Shown here: positions 30,528-42,200 of the stretch, in pieces | Numbering within the stretch: position 1 is the stretch's first letter | Layout of the letters: every line of letters starts with the position of its first letter | DNA from: Roseibacillus sp. | Lineage (GTDB): Bacteria; Verrucomicrobiota; Verrucomicrobiia; Verrucomicrobiales; Akkermansiaceae | Direction: 5' to 3' | Assembly (NCBI GenBank): GCA_965242925.1 | Contig: CBDEUM010000039.1 | Location: forward strand, 96,001-160,000 | Length of the DNA: 64,000 bases | Translations under genes and position numbers: made by a program | Notes under the pieces: model-generated | What the model saw: only the letters and a program-made list of their open reading frames with translations | The model's database searches: none | Told to the model about the DNA's origin: nothing

Positions 30528-31214
30528 ATGCACAAACCCACCGTCCAGATTTCCCTCGATCTCATCGACCTCGATGAAGCAATCGATACCGCCGCCATGG
30601 CCCTGCGGGCGGGAGTGGATTGGCTGGAAGCGGGCACCCCACTTCTTCTCGCCCATGGACTGCACTCCGTCAGCGCGCTCCGCGAGAACTTCCCCCAGGC
30701 TCCTATCGTGGCCGACCTGAAAACGATGGACGGAGGGTACCTGGAAGCCGAGATGATGGCCAAGGCTGGCGCCACTCACGTGGTGGTCATGGCCCGGTCC
30801 CACGAAGAAACGGTCAAGTGTGTGGTTCAGTGCGGGATGGACTACGGGGTGGGGATCATGGGTGACAACCTGGGTTGCCCCGACATGGTCGAGGGTGCCC
30901 GGAAACTGGAGGATCTCGGCTGCGGCTACATTGTTCACCACATCGGCTACGACGAACGCCGCGGTATTGCCGCTGCCGGCAACCGCATGCCCAGCCCGCT
31001 AGACCAGTTGGAAGAGGTGGTCGGAGCCGTTTCCGTGCCCGTCCAGGCGGTGGGCGGATTGTCCCTCGAGCAGGCCGTGGCCTGTCCCTCCTACGGCGCA
31101 CCCCTCGTCGTCCTGGGAGCACCCCTCACCATCGACGCCGACTCCTTCCAGACCGCCTCCGGGGATGTGGAAGCTTCCCTGAAAATGATCTGTGATCAGG
31201 TGCACAGCACCTGA
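30528..31214 (+). CDS. 3-hexulose-6-phosphate synthase / 3-keto-gulonate-6-P decarboxylase-like (OMPDC/HUMPS superfamily)
   Basis: QISLD, WLEAGTPL, VADLKTMDGG, HIGYD, VGGL. Confidence 0.8.
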   Translation: MHKPTVQISLDLIDLDEAIDTAAMALRAGVDWLEAGTPLLLAHGLHSVSALRENFPQAPIVADLKTMDGGYLEAEMMAKAGATHVVVMARSHEETVKCVVQCGMDYGVGIMGDNLGCPDMVEGARKLEDLGCGYIVHHIGYDERRGIAAAGNRMPSPLDQLEEVVGAVSVPVQAVGGLSLEQAVACPSYGAPLVVLGAPLTIDADSFQTASGDVEASLKMICDQVHST

Positions 31215-31236
31215 ATTCGTTATCCAGCAACTCACC

Positions 31237-32013
31237 ATGCGGCTGAAAGACAAACGCATCCTCGTCACCGGTTCCACCACCGGAATCGGAAAGGCCATCG
31301 CCCAGCGTTTCGTGCAGGAGGGCGCCCGCGTTCTCATTCACGGCCTGGAGGAAGACCTGGCCCGGGAAACCGCAGCCGAACTGGATGGAGCCCCCTACCA
31401 TGTCTCGGACCTGTCCGATCCGGCCGTCCCGGCCCAGTTGGTGGAGGCCGCGATCGGGGAACTGGGAGGACTGGACGGTCTCGTCAACAATGCCGGGGTC
31501 GTCACGCGGCGCCAGCCTGCCGACATGACCCTTGAGATCTGGGACTGGACTTACGCCATCAACGTGCGTGCTCCCTTCCTCCTCATCCAGGCCTCCCTTG
31601 AGGAACTCTCCAGCAACAAGGGACGGGTCCTGAATATCGGATCGGTGAATGCCCACGGTGGCGAATCATACTTCGCCGCCTACGCCAGCTCCAAGGGAGC
31701 CCTCATGGCCCTGACCCGCAATCTCGGCGACACCCTCCACCGGGACTATGGTGTGGTTGTCAACCAGATCAATCCCGGCTGGGTCCTCACCGAAAACGAA
31801 TCAGCCCGCAAGCAGGAAGATGGTCTCGACCCGGACTGGCACACCAAACTTCCCAGGATCTATGCCCCCGCCGGCCGCATCCTCAGGTCCGGAGAAATCG
31901 CCGCCGGGGCCGTCTACTGGCTCGACGACGCCACGGGCCCGGTCAGTGGCTGTGTGGTGGAACTTGAGCAGTATCCCGCTCACGGGCGAAACCCGGACAA
32001 GGTCGGGTTGTGA
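31237..32013 (+). CDS. SDR family oxidoreductase
   Basis: TGSTTGIG, NNAG, YASSK, NPGW. Confidence 0.9.
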   Translation: MRLKDKRILVTGSTTGIGKAIAQRFVQEGARVLIHGLEEDLARETAAELDGAPYHVSDLSDPAVPAQLVEAAIGELGGLDGLVNNAGVVTRRQPADMTLEIWDWTYAINVRAPFLLIQASLEELSSNKGRVLNIGSVNAHGGESYFAAYASSKGALMALTRNLGDTLHRDYGVVVNQINPGWVLTENESARKQEDGLDPDWHTKLPRIYAPAGRILRSGEIAAGAVYWLDDATGPVSGCVVELEQYPAHGRNPDKVGL

Positions 32014-32111
32014 CGGTCAATGTGATTCCGGCTGCAGTCGTTCACTGTCCCGCTCCACCCCGGGGCCACCCCTCACCCTGAATACTCGCTCATCCTCACC
32101 TGATCCTGCAG

Positions 32112-32993
32112 ATGCCCAAGCTCGCCACCTTCCCCAAAGCGGAACTGGAAGCCCTCGTCGACGGCTCCATGCGCCTCTCTGACTATCTCGCCTTTGCCTC
32201 CGGCCTTGATGTGGATGGGGTGGAACTCTATCCCCTCATCGTCGACCTTGAGGATCCCGCCACCTGGCCCAGCTATCGGCAAGCGTGCGAAGAGATGAAC
32301 CTTGAGATCCCGATGCTCTGCTGTTCCCCGGACTTCACCCACCCCGATCCCGCCTTCCGGGCACAGGAAATCGAGAAGGAAAAGCGGTGGATCGAGATGT
32401 CAAATGCCCTCGGTGCACGGTTCTGCCGCGTCCTGAGCGGTCAACGCCGGCCAGAAGTTTCACGTGAGGAGGGCATTGAACTCGCCGCCACTTCCATCCA
32501 GGCCTGTCTCCCCTTTGCCGCGGAGCACGGCGTGACGCTCGTCCTTGAGAACCACTATAAGGATGGCTTCTGGGAGTATCCCGAATTTGCCCAGCCGATA
32601 GACATCTTCTGCGATCTCCTGGAGGCGGTGGGCGAACATCCCAACTTCGGGGTCAACTACGACCCCTCCAACACTCTCCTGGCCGGCGAGGACCCCCTTG
32701 AGCTCCTTGCGCGCGTCAAACACCGCGTGGTCACCATGCACGCCAGCGACCGCTACCTGAAGCATGGGACCCTTGAGGATCTCGCCCGCGAGGAGGGCGT
32801 CACCGGATATGCCGAACGCCTCGCCCACGGAGAAATCGGCCAGGGAATGAACGACTACGACGCCATCTTCGCCACCCTCAACTCAACCGGGTTTGACGGC
32901 TGGATCTCCATCGAGGACGGCGTGGACGGACCGGAGCAACTGGAGCGCTCCGTCGCCTTCCTGCGAGCCAAGATGAGGGAGCACTTCTCGTAG
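32112..32993 (+). CDS. Sugar phosphate isomerase/epimerase (TIM barrel)
   Basis: LENHYK, NYDPSN, MHASD, ISIED. Confidence 0.85.
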   Translation: MPKLATFPKAELEALVDGSMRLSDYLAFASGLDVDGVELYPLIVDLEDPATWPSYRQACEEMNLEIPMLCCSPDFTHPDPAFRAQEIEKEKRWIEMSNALGARFCRVLSGQRRPEVSREEGIELAATSIQACLPFAAEHGVTLVLENHYKDGFWEYPEFAQPIDIFCDLLEAVGEHPNFGVNYDPSNTLLAGEDPLELLARVKHRVVTMHASDRYLKHGTLEDLAREEGVTGYAERLAHGEIGQGMNDYDAIFATLNSTGFDGWISIEDGVDGPEQLERSVAFLRAKMREHFS

Positions 32994-33002
32994 CCCCGGC
33001 CG

Positions 33003-33775
33003 CTACAACCTTCCCGCCGACCACAGGATCCCGCGGGTCAGCAGGTTGAGGAAGACCGGGTCGGAAAACGTGTCATTGGTGTGGCCATAGGTCGTGCCAA
33101 ACACCCGGGCCCCTTCAAATTCGTTCACCCAGAACACCGGATGCGCCTTCTGGTTCTTCTCACTCTTGGAAGTCGCAAGCACAGTGGCATTGGGCCACAT
33201 CTTCTCGATGACGTAGAGTTCGTCCTTGGGAGTCACCCAGTCCGCGGGCACGCCCTTCATGATGGGGTGGTCTGCCTTCTCGAGTCTTGACCGGATAGCG
33301 CGCCTGGTGCTCATGCTTTCTGCTCGTCACTCCCAGGAACTGACGCCAGTCGTCTATGCCGGCTGCACGGTAGGTGTGCATCGCACAGTGAATGACCACC
33401 GCCGGCGTGCCCCCCCTGTGCCCGTTTACAATCTTCCTGATGTAATCCGGATTCTTCGTGTTGGCGAAGCACTCGTTGTGCACCACCACATCGAACTTCT
33501 CCGCCCACTTCGGGTCATCGTAGAGATCGATCTGGGCCGTGGTCCCCTTCCCTCCCTTGTTCACCACCGTCCAGTCGATGTCGGCCTTGGCCGAGGATGA
33601 CAGGGTGAGGGCCTTTGACTGAAAGGCGTAGTCGTGGCAGCAGCCCCCCGTCACCAGCAGGCACTTGAGCGGTTTTTCCGACTTGGCAGCGGCGCCTTGC
33701 TGCCTCCGGTCTTATCGGCCGGAGCATTCAGAGCGCAAGGAGGGACAGGACGAGAACAGGAACGATGGTTTTCAT
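33003..33775 (-). CDS. ThuA-like (class I glutamine amidotransferase-like) secreted protein, several frameshifts
   Basis: Signal-like MKTIVPVLVLSLLAL from 33775; LLVTGGCCHDY, VVHNEC, IHCAMH (33160..33654); HPIM..DELY..RVFGTTYGH..RGILW (33003..33314). Confidence 0.75.
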
Positions 33776-33844
33776 GATTCGGGCAATGGTGGGGCGGTCT
33801 GCCCCTTACGCCCGCAGCCTGCCGCACCTATCGATGAATGACAA

Positions 33845-34813
33845 TCAATCTCCGTAACCATCCGGATGGGCCTCGTGCCACTTCCAGGCACTCCGCACCG
33901 TCTCCTCCAGGTCAGTGGCGGGCGCCCAGTCGAACACCGCTGCAGCCTTTTCACTGGCTGCCACCAGGACCGGCGGATCACCTTCCCGGCGATTCCCTTC
34001 CTCCACTGGGATCTCGTGTCCGGTGACCCTGCGACAGGCCTCGATCACTTCCCACACCGAATACCCCCGGCCCGTCCCCAGGTTAAAGGCCCCGCTCACC
34101 TCCCCTTCCACAGCCTGGCGATGCACTGCCGCCAGATCGCAGACGTGAACGTAGTCCCGTACGGCAGATCCATCCGGCGTTTCATAATCCGTTCCGAACA
34201 CCTCTATCGCGTCGCGTTTGCCCTGCGCCACGAACAGGACATTTGGAATGAGATGGGTCTCAATCCGATGGTCTTCCCCGAACCTCGCGGACGCCCCGGA
34301 CGCATTGAAATAGCGGAAAATGACCGGGGTGATCCCGTGGATCTTCGCGAACCACGACAACATGCCTTCAAAGGTGAGCTTGGAGTGACCATAGGGGTTG
34401 ACCGGATTCTGCGGGCAGTCTTCATCGATCGGTACCCTCTCGGGGATGCCGTAGGTGGCGCAGGTGGAGGAGAACACTATCTTCGAAACCTCCGCCCCGA
34501 CCATCCCTTCCAGCAGGCTCAATCCGCCCATTACGTTATTGCGATAGTACTTGGCCGGGTTCTCCATCGATTCCCCCACCAGCGCATCCGCGGCATAATG
34601 GATGACCGCCTCCGTTTCATGATCTCGCAATACATCGGTCAGGCGGGCGGTCTCCCTCAGGTCCATGACCTCCAGTCCCGCCCGCGGGTCAACCGCTCCG
34701 CGATGTCCCTCCCCGAGATTGTCGATGACAATGACGTCGTGCCCCGAGTCGCAGAGCAACTCGACGCACACGCTACCGATGTAGCCGGCTCCTCCGGTCA
34801 CAGCAATTCTCAT
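33845..34813 (-). CDS. galE: UDP-glucose 4-epimerase
   Basis: TGGAGYIGS, VGESMENP..YY.NN, FSSTCATYG, YGHSK, FRYFNA, ETHLIP, VRDYVHV. Confidence 0.93.
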   Translation of the reverse strand: MRIAVTGGAGYIGSVCVELLCDSGHDVIVIDNLGEGHRGAVDPRAGLEVMDLRETARLTDVLRDHETEAVIHYAADALVGESMENPAKYYRNNVMGGLSLLEGMVGAEVSKIVFSSTCATYGIPERVPIDEDCPQNPVNPYGHSKLTFEGMLSWFAKIHGITPVIFRYFNASGASARFGEDHRIETHLIPNVLFVAQGKRDAIEVFGTDYETPDGSAVRDYVHVCDLAAVHRQAVEGEVSGAFNLGTGRGYSVWEVIEACRRVTGHEIPVEEGNRREGDPPVLVAASEKAAAVFDWAPATDLEETVRSAWKWHEAHPDGYGD

Positions 34814-34915
34814 AAAAAGTCGGAGCCCCTACTAAACCGCGCGCTTCAGAGCTTGTCGAGCGTTCCCAAATTCAATTACTTGAAAGACTGGACCAGTTTC
34901 CCCCATACTCCTGCC

Positions 34916-37429
34916 GTGGCACCGAATCTACACACGGGCATTCTGCTTGTATTCATCAGTGCGGTGTCGGTCTCCGCGGAACCTGCCGGGCAACTCGACC
35001 CCGCCCACGTTAGCTTCTTCGAGAAGCGTGTGCGCCCCGTCCTGGTCAACCGCTGCTACCAGTGCCACTCGGCCGGGAAAAAGATCAAGGGAGGCCTCCG
35101 GCTCGACCACAGGGAGGGCGTCGTCCGCGGTGGTGACAGCGGCCCCGTCATCGTTCCTGGCAATCCCGAAAAGAGCCTCCTCATCACCGCAATCCGGCAT
35201 ACCGATGATGATCTCAAGATGCCGAAGAAGGAGAAACTCCCCGAACAGGAGATCGCGGCCCTGACTAAGTGGGTGACCCTTGGTGCTCCCGACCCCCGTG
35301 TAGAAGAAAGCGAACCCTTCAAGGCCGCTGAAATCGATTACGAGGAAGGACGCAAGTTCTGGTCCTTCATTCCCCCAGCCAGGCAGAATGCCCCAGCCGT
35401 GAAGGACACCAGCTGGCCCCTCACTGAAATCGACCGCTTCATCCTCGCCGCCATGGAAGACAAGGGACTGGAACCGGTTGCCGACGCCGATCGCCGGACC
35501 CTGGTGCGACGACTCTACTTTGACCTCATCGGACTCCCGCCTACCATCGAGCAGATCAATGCCTTCCTCCATGACGAAGGCTCCATCCCCGAAGCAGTCG
35601 CCCGACTCGTCGACCAGCTCCTTGCTTCTCCCCATTTCGGAGAGCGCTGGGGACGGCACTGGCTCGACGTGGCCCGCTTCAGCGAGTCGAATGGGATGGA
35701 GCGCAATTTCACTTATCCCCATGCCTGGCGCTACCGCGACTACGTGATCGCTTCCTTCAACAAGGACAAGCCCTACAACCAGTTCATTCGCGAGCAACTG
35801 GCCGGCGATCTCCTCGACGAAACCAGCACCCCGGGCAGCACGCGCGAGGAACGCCTCACCGCCACCGGCTTCCTCGCCCTCGGCCCGAAGATTCTCAACG
35901 AGCGCGACAAGCAGGTCTTCCAGATGGAGATGGTCGACGAACAGATCGATGCCTCCACCCGGGCCGTGCTCGGATTGACCGTCAGCTGTGCCCGCTGTCA
36001 CGATCACAAGTTCGATCCCATCGGAACCAAGGACTACTATGCCCTCGCCGGCATCTTCACCAGTAGCCGCACCCTTTACGGCACCAAGGGCGGTGGCGGC
36101 AACCGCCAGCCCGCCCAACTCCTTGCCGTCGGCGATGAGGATCCCGCCCAGGCCGCCGCCCGGGAAAACCACCAGAAAACCCTCAAGACCGTCCAGGGGA
36201 AACTCACCAAAACCACCAAGCAATACCAGAACCTCAAGAAGCAGAGCGCCAGGAACAAGGGCAAGAAACCTGGCAATGCAAAGAAGAACAGCCCCGGGGA
36301 GAACACTACGGGACCGGAAAAGCGCATGGCGGAGATGCGCAGTCAGATGGAAAACATGAAGAAGGAGGTCGCCCGGTTACGGAAGAGCGCCCCTCCTGAC
36401 CCGGACTTTGTAATGGGCGTCACCGAGGGGACCGCAGCCGATTGTCGAATCTGCCTGCGCGGCGACCCGAAGAAGCGCGGTCCTGCGGTGGAGCGGGGAT
36501 TCCTCAATGTGATCGCAGCGTCCAACCAGCCCCCCATCAATGATGAGTCCAGTGGCCGGCGCGAACTGGCTGAATGGATGGTAGCCCGCGAAAATCCCCT
36601 CGCGGCACGCGTGATGGTGAACCGCATCTGGCACCACCTCTTTGGCGCCGGACTGGTCCGCACGGTCGACAACTTCGGGAAGATGGGGGAGACCCCTTCC
36701 AACCCAGCCCTGCTCGATCAGCTCGCGGTCAACTTCATGGAAAACGGCTGGTCAGTGAAGAAACTCATCCGGGAGCTCACCTCTTCCCGCATTTACCAGT
36801 TGAGCGGAAACCACCATGAGAAGAACTACCAGCTCGACCCCGAAAACCGCCTCTGCTGGCAGATGAGCCGGCGCCGCCTCGGGGCCGAGGCCATCCGCGA
36901 TGCCATCCTCCAGGCCGGCGGGCAACTCGAAACATCGCCATTCCCCGGCTCGGTGCTGCAGGAACTAGGTGACGTCAACTACGGCCGCAGCAATGCCGCG
37001 TCATTCGGCAAGGAGGTTGCCAGACACCGCAGCATCTACCTCCCCATCATCCGCAATGCCCTGCCGGAGGCTCTCCGGGTCTTCGACTTCGCTGAGCCCA
37101 GCCTCATCGTGGGGCGCCGCCAGATCACAACCGTAGCCACCCAGGCCCTCTATCTGCTCAACGATCCCTTCGTTCTTGAGCAGACCGATGCCATCGCCCA
37201 GCGCCTGATCGACTTCAGCACAGAGGAAACGGAGCGCATTGACCTTGCCTACACCCTGACCCTCGGCCGTCCGGCCACCACCCTCGAACGCGAGCGCTCC
37301 CTCGCGCTGCTGCAGGATATTGGAGCCGGTCTCAGCACGCGAAGAACGACCAGGAATCGCCAACGCGTGGCCTGGGCCACCCTGGCCCAGGGCCTCATCG
37401 CCTCGGCGGAATTCCGCTATCTGAACTAG
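34916..37429 (+). CDS. Planctomycete cytochrome c + DUF1549 + DUF1553 (PSD1) protein
   Basis: FFEKRVRPVL..CYQCH, GERWGRHWLDVARF, CARCHDHKFDP, RVMVNRIWHHLFG, QALYLLN. Start placed at GTG 34916 (uncertain); the longer ORF-track start overlaps galE antisense. Confidence 0.9.
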   Translation: MAPNLHTGILLVFISAVSVSAEPAGQLDPAHVSFFEKRVRPVLVNRCYQCHSAGKKIKGGLRLDHREGVVRGGDSGPVIVPGNPEKSLLITAIRHTDDDLKMPKKEKLPEQEIAALTKWVTLGAPDPRVEESEPFKAAEIDYEEGRKFWSFIPPARQNAPAVKDTSWPLTEIDRFILAAMEDKGLEPVADADRRTLVRRLYFDLIGLPPTIEQINAFLHDEGSIPEAVARLVDQLLASPHFGERWGRHWLDVARFSESNGMERNFTYPHAWRYRDYVIASFNKDKPYNQFIREQLAGDLLDETSTPGSTREERLTATGFLALGPKILNERDKQVFQMEMVDEQIDASTRAVLGLTVSCARCHDHKFDPIGTKDYYALAGIFTSSRTLYGTKGGGGNRQPAQLLAVGDEDPAQAAARENHQKTLKTVQGKLTKTTKQYQNLKKQSARNKGKKPGNAKKNSPGENTTGPEKRMAEMRSQMENMKKEVARLRKSAPPDPDFVMGVTEGTAADCRICLRGDPKKRGPAVERGFLNVIAASNQPPINDESSGRRELAEWMVARENPLAARVMVNRIWHHLFGAGLVRTVDNFGKMGETPSNPALLDQLAVNFMENGWSVKKLIRELTSSRIYQLSGNHHEKNYQLDPENRLCWQMSRRRLGAEAIRDAILQAGGQLETSPFPGSVLQELGDVNYGRSNAASFGKEVARHRSIYLPIIRNALPEALRVFDFAEPSLIVGRRQITTVATQALYLLNDPFVLEQTDAIAQRLIDFSTEETERIDLAYTLTLGRPATTLERERSLALLQDIGAGLSTRRTTRNRQRVAWATLAQGLIASAEFRYLN

Positions 37430-37453
37430 TCAGCCTGTCACTCCGTCCCAACC

Positions 37454-38828
37454 ATGTCCGACCTCCATTATCTGACCCGCCGCCGGGCTCTCCAGTCTCT
37501 CTCCGCCGGTTTCGGTTACATGGCCTTCACCGGGCTTGCTTCCCAGGCCAGCGGTCGACCCGCCCTCGCCACCAACCCCCTCGCACCCAGGAAGGCGCAC
37601 TTCCCGGGGAAGGCCAAGCGGGTGATCTTCGCCTGCATGCGCGGAGGCCCGTCCCACGTGGACACCTTCGACTACAAACCGGAGCTCTCCGTCAACAATG
37701 GAAAGAAAATTGACGGGCGTTCGATCATGGAGAGCCCCTGGAAGTTTGAGCCACGGGGCGAAAGCGGTCTCCCCATCTCGGAACTCTTCCCGCACCTCTC
37801 CCGGCACGCCGATGACCTCTGCCTCCTCAACGGCATGTACGGCGACGTCCCCGCTCACCCACAGGCCTTTGTGCAACTGCACACCGGAAGTTTTCAATTC
37901 GCTGCGACCCTCCATGGGATCGTGGGTCCTCTACGGCCTGGGAACCGAGAATGAGAATCTTCCCGGCTTTATCAGCCTCTCTCCCCCGGCCCGCGTGGGC
38001 GGGGCCCAGAATTACGGCAGCGCCTTCCTCCCCGCCCTCTACCAGGGCACGGCCATCGGTGCCCTCGGGCGTCCCATCAAGGATGCCAACCTGCAGAATC
38101 TCGAGAGCAAGCGCCTCACCAGCGACCTCCAGCGCCGCCAGATCGACTTCATCCAGGAGATGAATCGCGACCTGAAAAACCGGCAGGACACCAACAACCA
38201 GATCGACGGGGTGATCAAGTCCTACGAGCTGGCCTTCCGCATGCAGGCCGCCGTCCCCGAGGTGATGGACCTCGCCAAGGAACCCGAGGAGATGAAGGAC
38301 AAGTACGGCATCGGTCAACCCGGGACCGATGACTTCGGCCGCCAGTGTCTCCTCGCCCGCCGCCTCGCCGAATCTGGAGTCCGCTTTATCGAGCTGGGAC
38401 ACGGCAACTGGGACCAGCACGGGGGCCTGCGCAAGAACCTTGCCAAGAACTGCACTGGCATCGACCAGCCCCTGGCCGCCCTCCTCGAGGATCTCAAGGA
38501 GCGTGGCATGCTGGATGAGACCCTCGTCATCTGGGGTGGAGAATTCGGCCGGACCCCTCATGTGAAGAAGCAGGACGGGCGCGATCATAATCACAAGGGC
38601 TTCACTTTCTGGATGGCGGGCGGCGGCATCAAGGGCGGCCTGCGTTTTGGTGCCACCGACGAGAACGGAATCGCGGCCGTGGAAAACCGAACCCACTTCC
38701 ACGACCTGCACGCCACCATTCTCCATCAACTCGGCCTCAATCACGAAGAACTCACCTATCGTTATGCCGGTCGCGACTTCCGCCTTACTGACGTCCACGG
38801 CAAGGTCCTGAAGGACATCCTTGCCTAG
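37454..38828 (+). CDS. DUF1501 domain protein with Tat-like signal, +1 frameshift near 37901
   Basis: TRRRAL, KAKRVIF..M.GGPSHVDTFDYKP, RPSMGSW..YGLG, FGRQCLLARRL, WDQH, GEFGRTP, GRDH, DLHATILH. Confidence 0.9.
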
Positions 38829-39258
38829 CGTCCGGCCTGTTAAAACCTGCTCCCTGCCTTCAGACGGATCAGTTCAATCGACACGTCCGCGTCGGAGGCC
38901 CATAGTCCAGCCTGCCTGCCACTCGTGAGTTCCGCTCATGTGTCGTCCACCAGGCCTCCGCCACGAGACTCTCCTGTTAGGCCCGGAAGCCCGGTGGGCA
39001 TTTCGGGGCAACGCTTCTCAGGCATCCTCCCACCTTGAGGATGAGCACCCCGGCAGACCACTTCCACCGAATGCCCATGCCACCCTTCCACCACCAACCG
39101 TTCGTCTTGCCCCTCAAAACCCTACTCGAACGGGTAAGTCCCGGGTTCAAAATGCCTCCATTTCCACCCTGCCCCCCCGGATCTAATTGACGAATTGAGG
39201 CTCAGGAGTTTAGCGTTTTCCGATAATCAGACCAACAAGCTAACCCCCACTCGATCTG

Positions 39259-42200
39259 ATGCCCCTGCTCTCTCATTTCGCGGCGTTCGTGTTCCTGTGC
39301 GCTCTCTCACTGTTCCCCGCTTCTCTTCAGGCCCTCACCGTTCTCGGAACCGGAACGGGCGCCCTTCTCGGCGGAGATCTCACCGACCCGGAAGACGATG
39401 GTAATGATGGCAACGGCAGCGGCTTCAATTGGCTCTCCACCGCCGCCTCTTCCGAGAACAACTTCGGAGGCGAGGGCGCCCTCGACGTCTTCGACAACCA
39501 GGTCGGATCCGGCAACACCAAGTGGTGCTGCAACGCTCCGCCCCAGTGGGTCGCCGTGCAACTCGACAAGCCCTACGTCCTCACTCACTTCACCCTCGCG
39601 GCAGGAAATGATGTCCCCAGCCGCGATCCCAACATCTGGTCCATTGAGGGATCAAATGATGGGACCAACTGGACCCCGATTTACCAATGGACCAGCGGAG
39701 TCTCTCCCTTTTCCAATCGCCTTGAAGTCATTCGCTTCGACGGCAACGGCCAGGACTTCGCCTCTCCCGCCCCCTTCAGCTGGTTCCGCTACCGTGTGAC
39801 CTCCACTGACAGCGGCCACCAACTCAATGAACTGGAACTCTTCGGCGTTCCGGTAGTGGTCTTCAACGACTTCTCGATCGACAAGCCTCTTATCCCCACC
39901 GGCGAGCCCATCACTCTCTCCTGGGATCTCGACCCGGGCGTAACCAGCATTTCCATCGACAACGGCGTGGGAGACGTCACCGCTCAGACTTTCAATGGTA
40001 TCGGACAGATCACCCTCAATCCCGGTCCCGGCAGCAATACCACCTACACCATGACCGCGATCCACCCGGAGTCGACCGCGCAGCAATCAGTCCATGTCAC
40101 GGTCACCAATCAACCCATCATCAATTCCTTCGCCGCCACCCCGGCCGTCATCGCTCCCGGGGGATCCACCACCCTCCGGTGGGATGTCTTCAACATCAGC
40201 TCCCTAGATCTAAACGGCAGCGACGTGACCGGACAGACAAGTCTGGCGGTCAGCCCCGCCAGCACCACCGTCTACACCCTGACCGCCAGCAATCCCAATG
40301 GCTCCGACGTCGCCAACCTGAACGTCACCGTGGTCGTGCCCGGTGAGCCCATCATCAGCGAATTCATGGCGTCCAACGGAGGCGCCTCTATCGTGGACGA
40401 AGACGGCGATTCTTCGGACTGGATCGAAATCCACAACCCCAGCGGGAACATCGCCATGCTTGACGGCTACTACCTCACTGATGATCCGGGCGACCTTCAG
40501 AAGTGGGCGTTCCCCGCCGTCAATCTGGCCCCCCTCGACTACCTCATCGTCTTTGCCTCCGGAAAGGACCGGGTCAACCCCGCCTCCGAGCTGCACACCA
40601 ACTTCAACCTGGACGCCAACGGCGAGTATCTCGCCCTCGTCAACCCCGATGGCGTCACCATCGTGAGCGAATTCGGCCCGGCCGGCACTGATTACCCGGA
40701 GCAGGAAGCCGATCTCTCCTTCGGCAACTTCGGGAATCCTCCCCAGCCCGGATATTTCGACACTGCCACCCCGGGTGCAGCCAATAACGTCGGCTTCCTC
40801 GGCTTCGTGGCCGACACCAAGTTCGACCTCAACCGCGGGTTCTACAACAGTCCCCAGTCGGTCACCATTAGCACCGCCACGCCTGGTGCCTCCATCCGCT
40901 ACACCACCGATGGATCATGGCCCAGCGAGACCTCCGGCACGCTCTACTCCGGTCCCGTTCTCATCAATCGCACCACTCCCCTGCGCGCCATCGCCTACAA
41001 GGCCAGTCATCGTCCCACCAACGTCGACACCCACACCTACATTTTTGTCGACGACATCATCACCCAGAGGTCCTCCACCACCCAGTCGATTTGGGGATTC
41101 CCCTCCAGCTGGGATGGCAACTCGGTCGACTACGGCATGAACTCCAGCGTGGTTTCCCTTCACAACCGCACCATTCGCAATGATCTCAAGACCGTGCCCA
41201 CGCTCTCCATCGCGATGGACTCGGACGACCTCTTCGGAAGCAGAGGGGTCTACTCTCATCCCCAAAACAGCGGCGTGAGCTGGGAACGGGCCACCTCGCT
41301 CGAACTGATCGATCCCGCCAATCCCGACGGCAGCAGCGACTTTCAGCACAACTGCGGCATCCGCATCCAGGGCGGAGCCTTCCGCAGTTTCGGACTGACC
41401 CGCAAGAAGTCCTTCCGCGTCCTCTTCAAGGACATCTACGGGACCAGTAAGCTGCGCTATCCCTTCTTCGGGCCCACCGCAGCCCAGCAGTTCGATACCC
41501 TGATTTTCCGCATGGAGTCCAATGACGGCTACCAGTGGGGCAACCGGACCAACGTGCAGTACGCCCGCGATGAATTCGGGCGCCGCTCGCAGCTCGCCAT
41601 GGGCAGCCCTTCCCCCACGGCCGCTTCATGCACATCTACCTCAATGGCGTCTACTGGGGACTCTACAACGTGGTCGAACGGCCCGACGACTCTATGGGCG
41701 AAAACTATTTCGGCGCCCGCAAGGAAGACTGGGATGGCGTCAACTCCGGCAATGCCACCAACGAGGGAAGCACCTCCTCCTGGAACCGGCTCAAGAGCCT
41801 GGCAAGCGGTATTCCCAACGCGGGCAGTGAGTCCTCCCGCACTGCCATCTACATGGAAGCCCAGGGCCTCAATCCCGACGGCACCGACAACCCGACAAAG
41901 GCCGACTACATCGACATCGACAACTACATCGATTACCTCCTCGTCAACTGGTACATGGGCAATAACGACTGGCCCCACAAGAACTACTACCATGGTCGCG
42001 AACGTGACCTTCTCGACAACGCGCCCTTCACCGGCACCCGTAGCAGCAGCGGAACGCACTTTTTCTGCTGGGACGCCGAATGGGCCCTCTTTCTCAATTC
42101 AAGCAGCGACAAGACCGGTTCGACCTCCGGGGTGGCCGAGCCCTACGGAGACCTCCGCAGCAGCAGGGAATTCCGCGTGCGCTTCGGGGACCGGGCCCAC

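Noticed and set aside
33866..34915. Apparent 350-aa N-terminal extension of the DUF1549/1553 protein
   Set aside because: It is the antisense of galE read in frame; the signal peptide-like sequence begins near 34916.
38829..39258. 430-bp intergenic region as possible ncRNA or riboswitch
   Set aside because: No recognisable conserved RNA motif or strong stem; only a weak TTGACG promoter-like hexamer near 39187.
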